The notes under the pieces were generated by a model, which was given only the letters and a program-made list of their open reading frames with translations, was not told the DNA's origin and did not search any database. Below are positions 8,638 to 17,725 of a DNA stretch of 64,000 nt, in pieces. Position 1 is the first letter of the stretch. Each line of letters starts with the position of its first letter. Made by a program: the position numbers and the translations under genes. The stretch spans positions 8,414-72,413 of the IMG/VR virus record IMGVR_UViG_3300028034_000051, one strand, 5' to 3'. The DNA comes from a virus.

Positions 8638-10623
8638 TTATCCTGCTGCTATTCCGCATTCACATCCTCCATGTAATGGTGGATGTCCTATATTGCCATC
8701 TGGATCTAATGGCTCATCTCTATCATCTACTTCTAAACTATCTTCTTTACTAAGGAAACTTTGTTCAATTCCTACAACTTTACCATTCATTTCTTGACAA
8801 TAAGGGCACGGATCATCACCTAAAGTTACCCATCTTATTGTTGTTATTCCTGCTGCCCCATAAACAAATTTAGTAAATGCACCATTTCCTTTAGTAGACT
8901 CTCTTGTCGCAATTTTGTCTGGTCTTTTTTCTTCCCATTCATCTAGTCTTTGGTTAACAGTTTCAAACATATCATTATCATCATTTAAAGCTTCTTCAAC
9001 TAAAGCTTTAATCTGATTACGAGAATATCTAGAATGTTTAATAGCAAGAGTGTCTAAATAATTATCAATAAACCTTTCAAGACCATCTATTTCATCAAGA
9101 CCAACTTCTTCACTAGCTACTTCACTAATAGCTTCAGCAAATGTAGTTATTACTGGACTTAATTCACTTCTTATCTGTTCTGGAAACTCTTCATAAAAAT
9201 CTTCAAGCCATCTTTTAAAGTTTCCAGCATTTCTAGATTTAAGTTCTTCTTTAGCTTTAGATCTAACTTGACCTACTTCAGTTTTAATAAGGTTTTCTGC
9301 TGAATTCCTAATTACTTTTTTATAACGTGATGCAACATTTTTTCTAGCAGCTGCTGATCTACGTGCTCTTATTTCTTTAATTTTTTTTTGCCTTTGTTCA
9401 GCTGTTAAAGGTTTGCTATTACTTTCTAACTTTGGGTTTTGTGAACTCTGATCAATAGGGATCATATTAAGAGGTTGTAAGCGAGTATCTCCATTTTCAA
9501 CTTCATTCATATTCTCTAGTTTTCTAATATCATTAATAGATAACCATCCCCACTGACGACCAATTGAATAAGCATTGTAACGGCTCTCAATATCTCCTCG
9601 TAACAATCCATCAACAACAAACTCAGCAAAAAACCTATTATTAGAAATAAGGTCTTTCTTAAATGATTGCTCCCAATTTTTTAACCATGGCAATAACGAA
9701 AAGATAACAAACTCTAATGACTGCTGTTCAATATTAGAAAATGTCGCACGTTCTAAATCTTTTAACATATGCGGAGGTAAATTAAACCACCTTGCTACTT
9801 CTGTGACTTGAAATTTACGAGTCTCTAAAAACTGTGCATCTTCTGGAGGAATACCAATTTGCTTCCACTGCATTCCTTCTTCTAAAATTGCAACTCTATG
9901 AGCATTATCTAAACCTTGATGCTTCTCTTCCCATGATTGCTTTAATCTTTTAGCTGCTTGGCCTTTTAGTTTCCCAGGATGTTCTAATACACCACCAGGA
10001 TTACTACCATTCCCAAAAAATCCTGCTCCATATTTTTCAGTTGCAAGACCTAACCCTACACCTTCCCGAGCAAAACTAATTATTGACCTACCTTGAATGC
10101 CATTAAACCCAAGACCAGGTATATGTAAGACTCTTTCCTTAGGAAGTTTTACTTGCTTTCCACTAGGAAGTGTTGTTACATAATACAACTCTTGCGCCCT
10201 TTCATCTCGCATAGGCCATGTTTTGTTAGGTAGTAACGGCCACAATGCTTTAACCCTTCCGGCATTATCGTAATCTATCTCTGTATAACCATTACCCCAA
10301 AGTAATATATGAGCCATTGTAGCTACTCTCCAAGACCAAGAAGTCATTTCGGGGTTTGGTTGGTCATGTAGCAACTTGTATAGATGATGCTGAGTAGCTT
10401 TAGATTTACCTTTGTCCTCTCTTTGGTATAAAAATAACGGTAAGGAAGCCAATGTAAAGGCATATATGGTTACTGCATTATAAACAGCTGAATACTTCAT
10501 AGATTTTTCTTCATTAACATTAATCCCGCTTGCTGTTGATCCTCCACCTAATAAATTAATTAACCATTGTTGAGGACTTGATAAACTACTTATGCTATCC
10601 TTAACACTTGATATAATTCCCAT
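8638..10623 (-). CDS. HK97-family portal fused to C-terminal MuF/gp7-like head morphogenesis domain
   Basis: QFLETRKFQ..EVARWF, FSNIEQQ, LLRGD; C-terminal W..GD.CPYC and HPPLH.GC.C. Confidence 0.88.
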   Translation of the reverse strand: MGIISSVKDSISSLSSPQQWLINLLGGGSTASGINVNEEKSMKYSAVYNAVTIYAFTLASLPLFLYQREDKGKSKATQHHLYKLLHDQPNPEMTSWSWRVATMAHILLWGNGYTEIDYDNAGRVKALWPLLPNKTWPMRDERAQELYYVTTLPSGKQVKLPKERVLHIPGLGFNGIQGRSIISFAREGVGLGLATEKYGAGFFGNGSNPGGVLEHPGKLKGQAAKRLKQSWEEKHQGLDNAHRVAILEEGMQWKQIGIPPEDAQFLETRKFQVTEVARWFNLPPHMLKDLERATFSNIEQQSLEFVIFSLLPWLKNWEQSFKKDLISNNRFFAEFVVDGLLRGDIESRYNAYSIGRQWGWLSINDIRKLENMNEVENGDTRLQPLNMIPIDQSSQNPKLESNSKPLTAEQRQKKIKEIRARRSAAARKNVASRYKKVIRNSAENLIKTEVGQVRSKAKEELKSRNAGNFKRWLEDFYEEFPEQIRSELSPVITTFAEAISEVASEEVGLDEIDGLERFIDNYLDTLAIKHSRYSRNQIKALVEEALNDDNDMFETVNQRLDEWEEKRPDKIATRESTKGNGAFTKFVYGAAGITTIRWVTLGDDPCPYCQEMNGKVVGIEQSFLSKEDSLEVDDRDEPLDPDGNIGHPPLHGGCECGIAAG

Positions 10624-10769
10624 TAATTTTCACCTGCCCTTAACCAACCAAAAGCCATAAAAATAACCCCGGCTACTGTTAAGCACAAAGCGGGGCTAAA
10701 TAACCATAATCCAGTTGTAGTGAGTGTCGTTCCGCTAAAAAATAGAATATCATTGCTATCTACATTCAC
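10623..10769 (-). CDS. Small membrane protein between terminase and portal (48 aa, not in ORF track)
   Basis: SD AAAGGAGTGG, GTG start; MNVDSNDILFFSGTTLTTTGLWLFSPALCLTVAGVIFMAFGWLRAGEN. Confidence 0.7.
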   Translation of the reverse strand: MNVDSNDILFFSGTTLTTTGLWLFSPALCLTVAGVIFMAFGWLRAGEN

Positions 10770-10786
10770 AATGTGACCACTCCTTT

Positions 10787-12457
10787 CTAAAGAGTTATAA
10801 TTCCTCTTTCCTCATACACCGACTTACCATCACCTTCATTTCTAATTGCTCTATCTATTGCCATAATCAAAGCTACAATTCCATCTATTCTTTCTTTCGA
10901 TTTAGCTTTATCTGGTTTGATGTTTTCGCTTGGGTCAGTCTTAGCTACTACGTTATCTGCCATCCATCTTAGAACTGGATGACCAAAATGGATTAATTTC
11001 TTCTCAAGAATCAACTTTTCAACTTCTTTCATTGGTTCAGACATGCTTTTGTAGCCCTGACCCATTGGAACCATCAACAGACCTGCATCATCTAAGTTTT
11101 GAGCTAATTGAGTAGCTCCCCATCTATCATGAGCAACTTCTTTAATATCATAATTGGTATAATCATCTATAATCATATTCTCAATAGCTGCATAATGGAC
11201 CACATTCCCTTCAGTAGCATTAACATATCCTTTTTCTGCCCAGATGTTATAAGGAACACCATCTTCTTGACTTCTTTCCTGAATAGTGTCTTCTGGGATG
11301 AAGAATTCAGGTATAATAATATACTTATCATCTACTGGAAATACTTTTAAGTATGCAGTTATATCAATTTTACTAGATAAGTCAAGACCAGTATAACAAT
11401 AATCGCCTTCTAGCTCTTTTTTTACTCTCTCAAAGTCAGACATATCATAACCAGCTGATTCATCCCAGTGCTTCATATCCATCCATCTTGATTCGGCATT
11501 AGTCCAAACATTAAGTCGCTTACAGATTATCCTGTTACGTTGAGCAGGCATCCTTTTAGCTTTATTAATTCTTCTACGAATATTATCTTTCTTAACAGAC
11601 ACATCTAAGTTAGGATTAGCCTTAACCCAATTACTTTCGTCTTGCCAGTCGTCTTCTTCATCAAGTTCTGCAATATAAGCAAATTGACTATCGTCTTTAA
11701 AGTCCTTTTTCTTAGGATCAAGCATATCTATACAGTAATTACGGTATTTATAGCAAAAAGACTCCTGGTTAAACCCAGCAGTCGTTATCGCAATCATTAA
11801 AGGTTGCCTTCTTGATCCAGTACCATCGTCTAGTACATCCCAAATACCACTATCAGGATGAGCATGTAACTCATCGACAAGGCCCATATGAATATTCTTA
11901 CCATCGAGGCTGTCGTAGTCAGATGAAAGTGGCTCAAATTTAGAAAAACTCTCTACATGAGAGAGATTGTTTTTATATGTGTCAATATTATTGATATAAT
12001 CAGATTTTTGTGCCATTCTTTTGGCTGGAGCGAATATCTCCTTAGCCTGATCACGAGTTGTAGCTGCTGAATATATCTCAGCACCTGGTTCATTATCAAA
12101 ACACATTCCATAAAGCCCTATTGGAGCCATCAATGTAGTTTTACCATTCTTTCTAGCTACTTCAATATATCCTTCACGATATTTTCTAGTACCATCTTCT
12201 CTTTTCCAACCAAAAAGACTGCCTACAATAAACTGCTGCCAATCTTCAAGTATAATAGGATTACCAGCCAACTCACCTTTAACGTGAGGAGTTAATTTAT
12301 AGAAATTGATTATTCTAGTAGCTGCTTGCTCATCAAAATATACATCATTACGCTTTAGGTCATCCAGGTGTCTTTGGCAAGCCCATTTTACTTTCTTGCC
12401 AGTTACTATTTCTCCTGCAACTACTGCTTCAGCATAATCATGAACTGGATGTGCCAT
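10787..12457 (-). CDS. terL: Terminase large subunit (cos-type)
   Basis: ARKNGKT Walker A, VDELHAH Walker B, GLDLSS, RIDG..A. Confidence 0.95.
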   Translation of the reverse strand: MAHPVHDYAEAVVAGEIVTGKKVKWACQRHLDDLKRNDVYFDEQAATRIINFYKLTPHVKGELAGNPIILEDWQQFIVGSLFGWKREDGTRKYREGYIEVARKNGKTTLMAPIGLYGMCFDNEPGAEIYSAATTRDQAKEIFAPAKRMAQKSDYINNIDTYKNNLSHVESFSKFEPLSSDYDSLDGKNIHMGLVDELHAHPDSGIWDVLDDGTGSRRQPLMIAITTAGFNQESFCYKYRNYCIDMLDPKKKDFKDDSQFAYIAELDEEDDWQDESNWVKANPNLDVSVKKDNIRRRINKAKRMPAQRNRIICKRLNVWTNAESRWMDMKHWDESAGYDMSDFERVKKELEGDYCYTGLDLSSKIDITAYLKVFPVDDKYIIIPEFFIPEDTIQERSQEDGVPYNIWAEKGYVNATEGNVVHYAAIENMIIDDYTNYDIKEVAHDRWGATQLAQNLDDAGLLMVPMGQGYKSMSEPMKEVEKLILEKKLIHFGHPVLRWMADNVVAKTDPSENIKPDKAKSKERIDGIVALIMAIDRAIRNEGDGKSVYEERGIITL

Positions 12458-12920
12458 TTAGAATCTCCTCAATTGTCGGTTTATCGTCTTCTGGTTGTTC
12501 TACCTCAATTTTAGTTCTAGCTGCAGGAGTTAAACCAAGAACATTAGCCAGTTTTCTTTTTAAATCTATAAAATCTTTAAGAATACTCACTATTGGTCTC
12601 TTTTGGTAGTAACCACTATCGGTAACAAATTCATAACTACCTTCTCTTATCTTCTTATTAAGTCTAATGCAATGAGCATGAGCTTCACAATAATCTTGGA
12701 ATGTAGATATATCTGCTTCTGTAAGCAACCCAACCTCCACAAGGTGTGGTGCTACTCTCTTCCATTCTTTCTTTGCATAGTAGTCCAGATAGTATGGAGG
12801 ATCAGGAATTTTTTTGAGTCCCTTAGGTTTTGGTTCATTTTCATTCATCCGATCCTTCCTGTCAGTTCCGTTTAACACCTTGAGCTTACTAGGCTTGTTT
12901 GGTCTTCCTTTGTTGCTCAT
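12438..12920 (-). CDS. terS: Terminase small subunit, P27 family
   Basis: GRP.KP...K.L.G, GLTPAAR; SD AAAGGAGGGGGG before ATG 12920. Confidence 0.88.
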   Translation of the reverse strand: MSNKGRPNKPSKLKVLNGTDRKDRMNENEPKPKGLKKIPDPPYYLDYYAKKEWKRVAPHLVEVGLLTEADISTFQDYCEAHAHCIRLNKKIREGSYEFVTDSGYYQKRPIVSILKDFIDLKRKLANVLGLTPAARTKIEVEQPEDDKPTIEEILNGTSSS

Positions 12921-12934
12921 TTTTCCTAACCCCC

Positions 12935-13021
12935 CTCCTTTATTTTTGACATCGTATGAATTCACCTGACGGCGCGGTCTAGAAACGCCAGGTTTCAGAG
13001 ATTTGACCCGCCCTCCCCATA
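12935..13021. other. Candidate cos region
   Basis: GC-rich GGGGAGGGCGGGTC...AGACCGCGCCGTC between HNH and terS, typical position in HK97-like phages. Confidence 0.5.
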
Positions 13022-13408
13022 CTATAAACAATCATACTTTTGCTTATCTTTCTCAGTCTTCTTAGCATGGCAACTGCAGCACAATGATTGCAAGTTATCT
13101 AATCTTAACCTCAGCGACCAGTCAACCTTGATCGGAACAATGTGGTCCACCAAATCTGCTGGCTTAGTTATTCCTTCTTGCAAGCAATGCTCACACAGTG
13201 GATCCTGCTTAATCTTTTTTCGTCTTACTTTCTGCCATCGAGCTGAACTATAGAACTTCTTTATCTTTGGATTCCGTTGCTGATCATCATATCTTTTGTT
13301 TCTTATGCGACTCTCCTTCTTTCTATGATCTTCACAATATGTATTTCCAGCTTCTATTAATTCAGGACATCCAGGATGAGCACATGGTTTCTTACTTCTG
13401 CTTGGCAT
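13022..13408 (-). CDS. Packaging-associated HNH endonuclease
   Basis: PLCEHC, VDHIVP, NLQSLC..CH..K motifs. Confidence 0.92.
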   Translation of the reverse strand: MPSRSKKPCAHPGCPELIEAGNTYCEDHRKKESRIRNKRYDDQQRNPKIKKFYSSARWQKVRRKKIKQDPLCEHCLQEGITKPADLVDHIVPIKVDWSLRLRLDNLQSLCCSCHAKKTEKDKQKYDCL

Positions 13409-13516
13409 TTAATCACCCACTTTTATGCTCCATAGTTATCATTAGTGCATAATAAAAATATAAAAAACTATATCTGATATCTATATAGATTACATGTAAG
13501 TATAGTGTAAATACAA

Positions 13517-13643
13517 AAGCTCCACCAGGAGGCCGTGCCACTCCTGATGAAGCTTAATCAGATATTGAAATATTCTCTTATTATATATAGTATCATAGAT
13601 TGTAAATACTTTTGCACAAATTCACCACAAATTCACCACAAAT
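13517..13643 (-). promoter_or_regulatory. Late promoter region A: three 11-bp-spaced repeats, -10 element and leader hairpin
   Basis: CACAAAT at 13615/13626/13637; TATAAT on - strand; 15-bp hairpin 13517-13555 plus U-tract. Confidence 0.7.
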
Positions 13644-14093
13644 TTAGTCTATTTCAATTTCTAAGATGCCAACTTTCTTTAATTTCATAAATATCTCATT
13701 CTTCCAATTCCCTATTGTATTTTCAGATACCTCCATCTTGCAACCTGTCTTTAAGTCAGTTTCTCCCTCAAAATATTTATACCTTACTACTTTCATTTCT
13801 CGTTTATTTAAACACTCCAATGCAGCTGCAATTATGTCTCTTTTTTTTATTAGATTAACAACTTCTTGCTTGACCTCTTCTTTATTCGTTACATAGCTTT
13901 CTACATCTGAAAATATCGCGTTAGTATTTCCACCTGAAACCTTTTTAAAATCTACAGCCTGTAGTGCATACTCTTTATGAGAATCAATTATTTTAATCTT
14001 TATCTTACTTTTTAACTGAGGATATTCTTCCAAAAGTGCTTTTATCTTAGCTCTTTCATCATCAGTAACTTTGCCAACATCTATCTCAGTCAT
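13644..14093 (-). CDS. Late transcription activator (ArpU/RinA-like)
   Basis: C-terminal sigma-4-like HTH; last early gene before HNH/terminase. Confidence 0.75.
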   Translation of the reverse strand: MTEIDVGKVTDDERAKIKALLEEYPQLKSKIKIKIIDSHKEYALQAVDFKKVSGGNTNAIFSDVESYVTNKEEVKQEVVNLIKKRDIIAAALECLNKREMKVVRYKYFEGETDLKTGCKMEVSENTIGNWKNEIFMKLKKVGILEIEID

Positions 14094-14419
14094 TACAGCT
14101 GCACTCCCTTCCTCTCCCTCATTAGATTTGCTATCTTTCGCTTCTCATAATCGAACTCCTGCTCCATAACTATCTCCAGTTCTCCCATCTTCCACGCTAG
14201 GCCACATTCCTCACACCTAGCTAATGGATTATCTCCTCTTAGCTTCAGCGACTCTGTCTCACACATAGGACACTCGATCATCAACGGATCACAATACTCA
14301 ACCTCTAGCATTCTGCAAATATTACGGATCACTCGGCTATATCTACCCAATCTCCTCACCTCCAAAAAGAAAAGCTGCCACTCCTGGTGCAGGAATGACA
14401 GCCTGGGTTCTTCCCTCAA
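14093..14419 (-). CDS. Zinc-ribbon hypothetical protein
   Basis: CPMC...CEEC; coupled to neighbours. Confidence 0.6.
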   Translation of the reverse strand: MREEPRLSFLHQEWQLFFLEVRRLGRYSRVIRNICRMLEVEYCDPLMIECPMCETESLKLRGDNPLARCEECGLAWKMGELEIVMEQEFDYEKRKIANLMRERKGVQL

Positions 14420-14556
14420 CTGCTTAGCCGTTTTCTATTTTGCGTTACTATGTCTATCACCTTTCCATCTTTGATTATCAGCCTGACTTCTCCATAATCA
14501 ACATCATCAGCTTCCTTAATTACTTCTTCTACTACTTCTTGAGTTATCTCTGCCAT
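14416..14556 (-). CDS. DUF2292/YezD-like small protein (46 aa, not in ORF track)
   Basis: SD GAGGAGG; MAEITQEVVEEVIKEADDVDYGEVRLIIKDGKVIDIVTQNRKRLSS. Confidence 0.7.
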   Translation of the reverse strand: MAEITQEVVEEVIKEADDVDYGEVRLIIKDGKVIDIVTQNRKRLSS

Positions 14557-14701
14557 GCCTCGACCTCCTCAGTCATGATTATATCCACATTTTACTTTAT
14601 CGCATTTCTTACAATTACCTGGTATTTCTCGACCTCGAAACTGCTTACATAACTCTTTCTTACTAGGTACTCTTAAGTTACCTCTATTCCAAACAGGCTC
14701 T

Positions 14702-15247
14702 TCACACAATATCAATCATCCTCTCTACTACCTCCAAGTAATCTATTAATACTAATCCTGTTCCCTGCTTAATCTCATATTCATCTTTAGCTATCTCCTC
14801 ATACGGAATGCTCTTTCGACCGCCTTGGAGCTTTCCTTGCCAGTACTTATCTAACAACTCAAATGGCAAGTAATAAAATTCATCTAAACTACTAAACCAA
14901 ACAATTAAGAATCCAATACCACCGTTGGCCGTCCAACTAGCCAAATGCAAATATTGATGATCTTTCACGTTCTTAAGATCAAATCTAGTCTCTACCTTAG
15001 TCTCTTTCGCATCAAAAGCTATTGGAATTCCTTTGTGAATTCCTATGTAATCCACCGTCGACTTCTTTTCATAAAATCCTGTTACCTTTCCTGTTCGCTT
15101 GTTAATGCTCAATACTTTCACTGGAGTAGCAATCTTCTGCACCAAGGCTTGACCCTGGCGCAGATATTGCTGATTTGTCTGCTCTATCATATCTTCTAAG
15201 TCTTGACCTCTGTTGGCGTAACTGGTGAATCTAGTCATATTACTCAC
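14702..15247 (-). CDS. recU: Holliday junction resolvase RecU
   Basis: NRG..LE, K..TPV, STVDY.G, FDAKET, HQ motifs. Confidence 0.9.
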   Translation of the reverse strand: MSNMTRFTSYANRGQDLEDMIEQTNQQYLRQGQALVQKIATPVKVLSINKRTGKVTGFYEKKSTVDYIGIHKGIPIAFDAKETKVETRFDLKNVKDHQYLHLASWTANGGIGFLIVWFSSLDEFYYLPFELLDKYWQGKLQGGRKSIPYEEIAKDEYEIKQGTGLVLIDYLEVVERMIDIV

Positions 15248-15800
15248 CAGAAACCTGAGGAAAATTCATTCTTGTCTGCAAAATAGAATTTTCTATTCTC
15301 TCTAAGTCTTTTCTCCAAGCTCCATACTCACGCATATTATCAACATTAACTTTCACATCATAGTCATAAATCTTAATGTCATAATCACATATCTCTCTTT
15401 GAGCTTCTTCTGCTTCTGTTTGCCCTTTAACTCGCTTCCCATTACTTAGCAAAAAGTAATTGTCAGCTAATCTTCGAGGAAATTCATCTGCTAATTCTTT
15501 CTCTTCTAATTCAATAGTCCTAAAGACATCATCAATAATAGCTTCTTGAGTATGAGGATCTTCAACAGCTGCCCATATGTTTTCAGCCACAGTAACTATT
15601 AAGTCAAACTCTATGAAGTTTTCATACTTACCAGGTACTTTGTTAGCTTCAGCAAAAATAGTTCTACCTTTAGAATTTCTAGCCTTGTCTATGAACTGAT
15701 AGCCAATTTTGATATTAGCCAACTTAGGATGATGCTTCTTAATTACTTCCTTAGCCACTTCCTCTATGTGCTCTGCTCCTTCTTTGATGTAATTAGCCAC
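15240..15800 (-). CDS. Putative phage metallopeptidase-like protein with inserted LSNG motif
   Basis: VIKKHHP.L...I.Y, D.I......W, YGAW..DL pattern; HExxH degenerate. Confidence 0.55.
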   Translation of the reverse strand: MANYIKEGAEHIEEVAKEVIKKHHPKLANIKIGYQFIDKARNSKGRTIFAEANKVPGKYENFIEFDLIVTVAENIWAAVEDPHTQEAIIDDVFRTIELEEKELADEFPRRLADNYFLLSNGKRVKGQTEAEEAQREICDYDIKIYDYDVKVNVDNMREYGAWRKDLERIENSILQTRMNFPQVSGE

Positions 15801-16037
15801 CTATATCTCCTCCTTGTAGTAATAAATCCCTAAACAACCTAACTGTAACCTTTTTAACTGTTCATCTGTGCAATGCGCCCTTCCTTCGGTATTATCGCTT
15901 TGACAATAAGGACAAGTAATATCTACTTCTTTTGATAGATCTAAACCTGTTATAAAATCCCTATCACAATCTAAGCATTTATACTTTTCTAAGTTATCCT
16001 GAAACTTATTTTCTGGATATTCGCATTGGATAGACAC
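15801..16037 (-). CDS. Zinc-ribbon protein
   Basis: CLDC...CPYC. Confidence 0.6.
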   Translation of the reverse strand: MSIQCEYPENKFQDNLEKYKCLDCDRDFITGLDLSKEVDITCPYCQSDNTEGRAHCTDEQLKRLQLGCLGIYYYKEEI

Positions 16038-16044
16038 TTAGCCA

Positions 16045-16368
16045 TCACCTCTCCTCTAGAAAGTCAACATCCACCTTAATAATGCTTCCTTTTAGATTTG
16101 CTACTCCATCCCAATAATGATCTTTTAAATTAATATTATCTAATCCATTAATTGTTGATATTACAAGCATATTCTGTGCTATATTCTCTTCTTTGACTAC
16201 CATATACTGCTCCTTGGCTTTCTCCTTAACTTCGTTATCTACATTAACTAAAGCCGTAACTACAACTTTTGCTTTAATTAGATTTTTATTTTGACAATCA
16301 GGGCACATCCCATCATTCATATCAAAATCATCAACAGATTCTCCACAAATCCTGCAAAATCTAAGCAC
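16045..16368 (-). CDS. Hypothetical protein with N-terminal zinc ribbon
   Basis: CRICG...CPDC; SD AGGAGGAG. Confidence 0.6.
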   Translation of the reverse strand: MLRFCRICGESVDDFDMNDGMCPDCQNKNLIKAKVVVTALVNVDNEVKEKAKEQYMVVKEENIAQNMLVISTINGLDNINLKDHYWDGVANLKGSIIKVDVDFLEER

Positions 16369-16381
16369 TTATATCTCCTCC

Positions 16382-16472
16382 TTGACTTTTCTTTAGCTGC
16401 AATATAAAATAAATACGTCTTTTATTTCTGTATTGGCGGTAGTGAGTTAGTGGCTCACCACCGCTTTTTTTT
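16382..16472 (+). ncRNA. Candidate short antisense transcript
   Basis: TTGACT-17bp-TAAAAT (16382-16410) followed about 25 nt later by a GC hairpin and T run. Confidence 0.5.
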
Positions 16473-16710
16473 ATGCTGAAATATCTTCTGAACAATCTTG
16501 GCATATAATTTTACCTTTGAATTCAATTGTATCTCCAGCTTCACCACAGAAAATACAAGCCGGCTCATACTTATTAAAAATTATCTTATCTCCATCTACA
16601 TAAATCTCAAGCGCGTCACCTTCATCAATATTCATTGTTCTTCTTAACTCTACTGGAATCACTATCCTCCCTAAATTGTCTACCTTTCTTACAACACCTG
16701 TACTCTTCAT
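16471..16710 (-). CDS. abrB: AbrB-family regulator with C-terminal Zn ribbon
   Basis: MKSTGVVRKVD.LGRIVIP.ELRR; CIFC...CQDC. Confidence 0.92.
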   Translation of the reverse strand: MKSTGVVRKVDNLGRIVIPVELRRTMNIDEGDALEIYVDGDKIIFNKYEPACIFCGEAGDTIEFKGKIICQDCSEDISA

Positions 16711-16817
16711 AATTAATCATCCTCCTATTTTGAATAATATGTACAAAATAAACATTACAATTGCCGGTCCTGTCATAAACACTGCAAAACACTTCAGCAA
16801 CTTCATTTTTTTGCTCC

Positions 16818-17639
16818 TCAATTAACATAATCTCTAATATACTTCATCCTGGCTGGATGTCTCAATTTCCTGAACGCCAACTCCTGCAATTGTCCAATTC
16901 TTCCCCTGGTCACTCCAATAACTTTACCAACTTCTTTCAAAGTTCTTTGTCTACCATCTATCAGTCCAAATCTCAATCTAACTATCTCAGCTTGTCTATC
17001 CGGAAGAGTCTCTAATGCTTTGTCTAAGCTCTCTTTGATCAACTCATGTAAAAGATTAGAGAATGGATCTTCAACATTTTCATTGGCTATAAATTGACCA
17101 AACTCTGTCTCTTCATCGCTTCCAACTAATTTATTCAAAGAAGCAAGGTTTTGGTTGTATGCTACTTCTAGCATTTCTTTGACTTTCTCTGGCTTCAATT
17201 CTACTTTAGCTGCTATCTCTTCATTCGTTGGCTCTCGATTCAATTCATTATAGAGTTTATCTTTAGCCTTGAATAACTTTATCATTTTCTGGTGAACGTG
17301 ATTTGGTACTCTAATCGTTCTGCTCTTATCTTCAATAGCTCGAGTTATCCCTTGTCTAATCCACCAGGTAGCATATGTACTGAATCGATACCCTTTCTCT
17401 GGGTCGAATTTGTCTATAGCTTTCATAAGTCCTAAATTGCCTTCTTGAATTAGGTCCTGCAATTCTAATCCTTTACCTTGATATTTCTTAGCTGTACTGA
17501 CTACTAACCGCAAGTTATGCTCAATCAGTTCTTTTCTAGCTTCCTGATCACCATCTTTAGCCTGTCTTGCTAACTCTATCTCTTCTTCCTTCGATAGAAT
17601 ATCGTGCGATGCTTCTCGATAATACTGTCCTAGACTCAT
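16818..17639 (-). CDS. Phage-encoded sigma-70 factor (RpoD/SigA-like, lacks region 1.1)
   Basis: [44 protein letters not shown]...GVTR. Confidence 0.92.
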   Translation of the reverse strand: MSLGQYYREASHDILSKEEEIELARQAKDGDQEARKELIEHNLRLVVSTAKKYQGKGLELQDLIQEGNLGLMKAIDKFDPEKGYRFSTYATWWIRQGITRAIEDKSRTIRVPNHVHQKMIKLFKAKDKLYNELNREPTNEEIAAKVELKPEKVKEMLEVAYNQNLASLNKLVGSDEETEFGQFIANENVEDPFSNLLHELIKESLDKALETLPDRQAEIVRLRFGLIDGRQRTLKEVGKVIGVTRGRIGQLQELAFRKLRHPARMKYIRDYVN

Positions 17640-17725
17640 TATTCATCCTCCTTCTCAATTCTCTAGTTCCCCATACTCTAACTGCTACTACTTCACCAGG
17701 TGCTAACTTATCTCTTCTATCTGGG

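Noticed and set aside
12921-13031. N-terminal extension of terS in the ORF track
   Set aside because: Strong SD sits before ATG 12920; the upstream stretch looks like the cos region
13544-13575. CTGATGA...GAAA hammerhead-like core on + strand
   Set aside because: No stem II can form, and the homologous copy at 59430-59490 lacks CTGATGA
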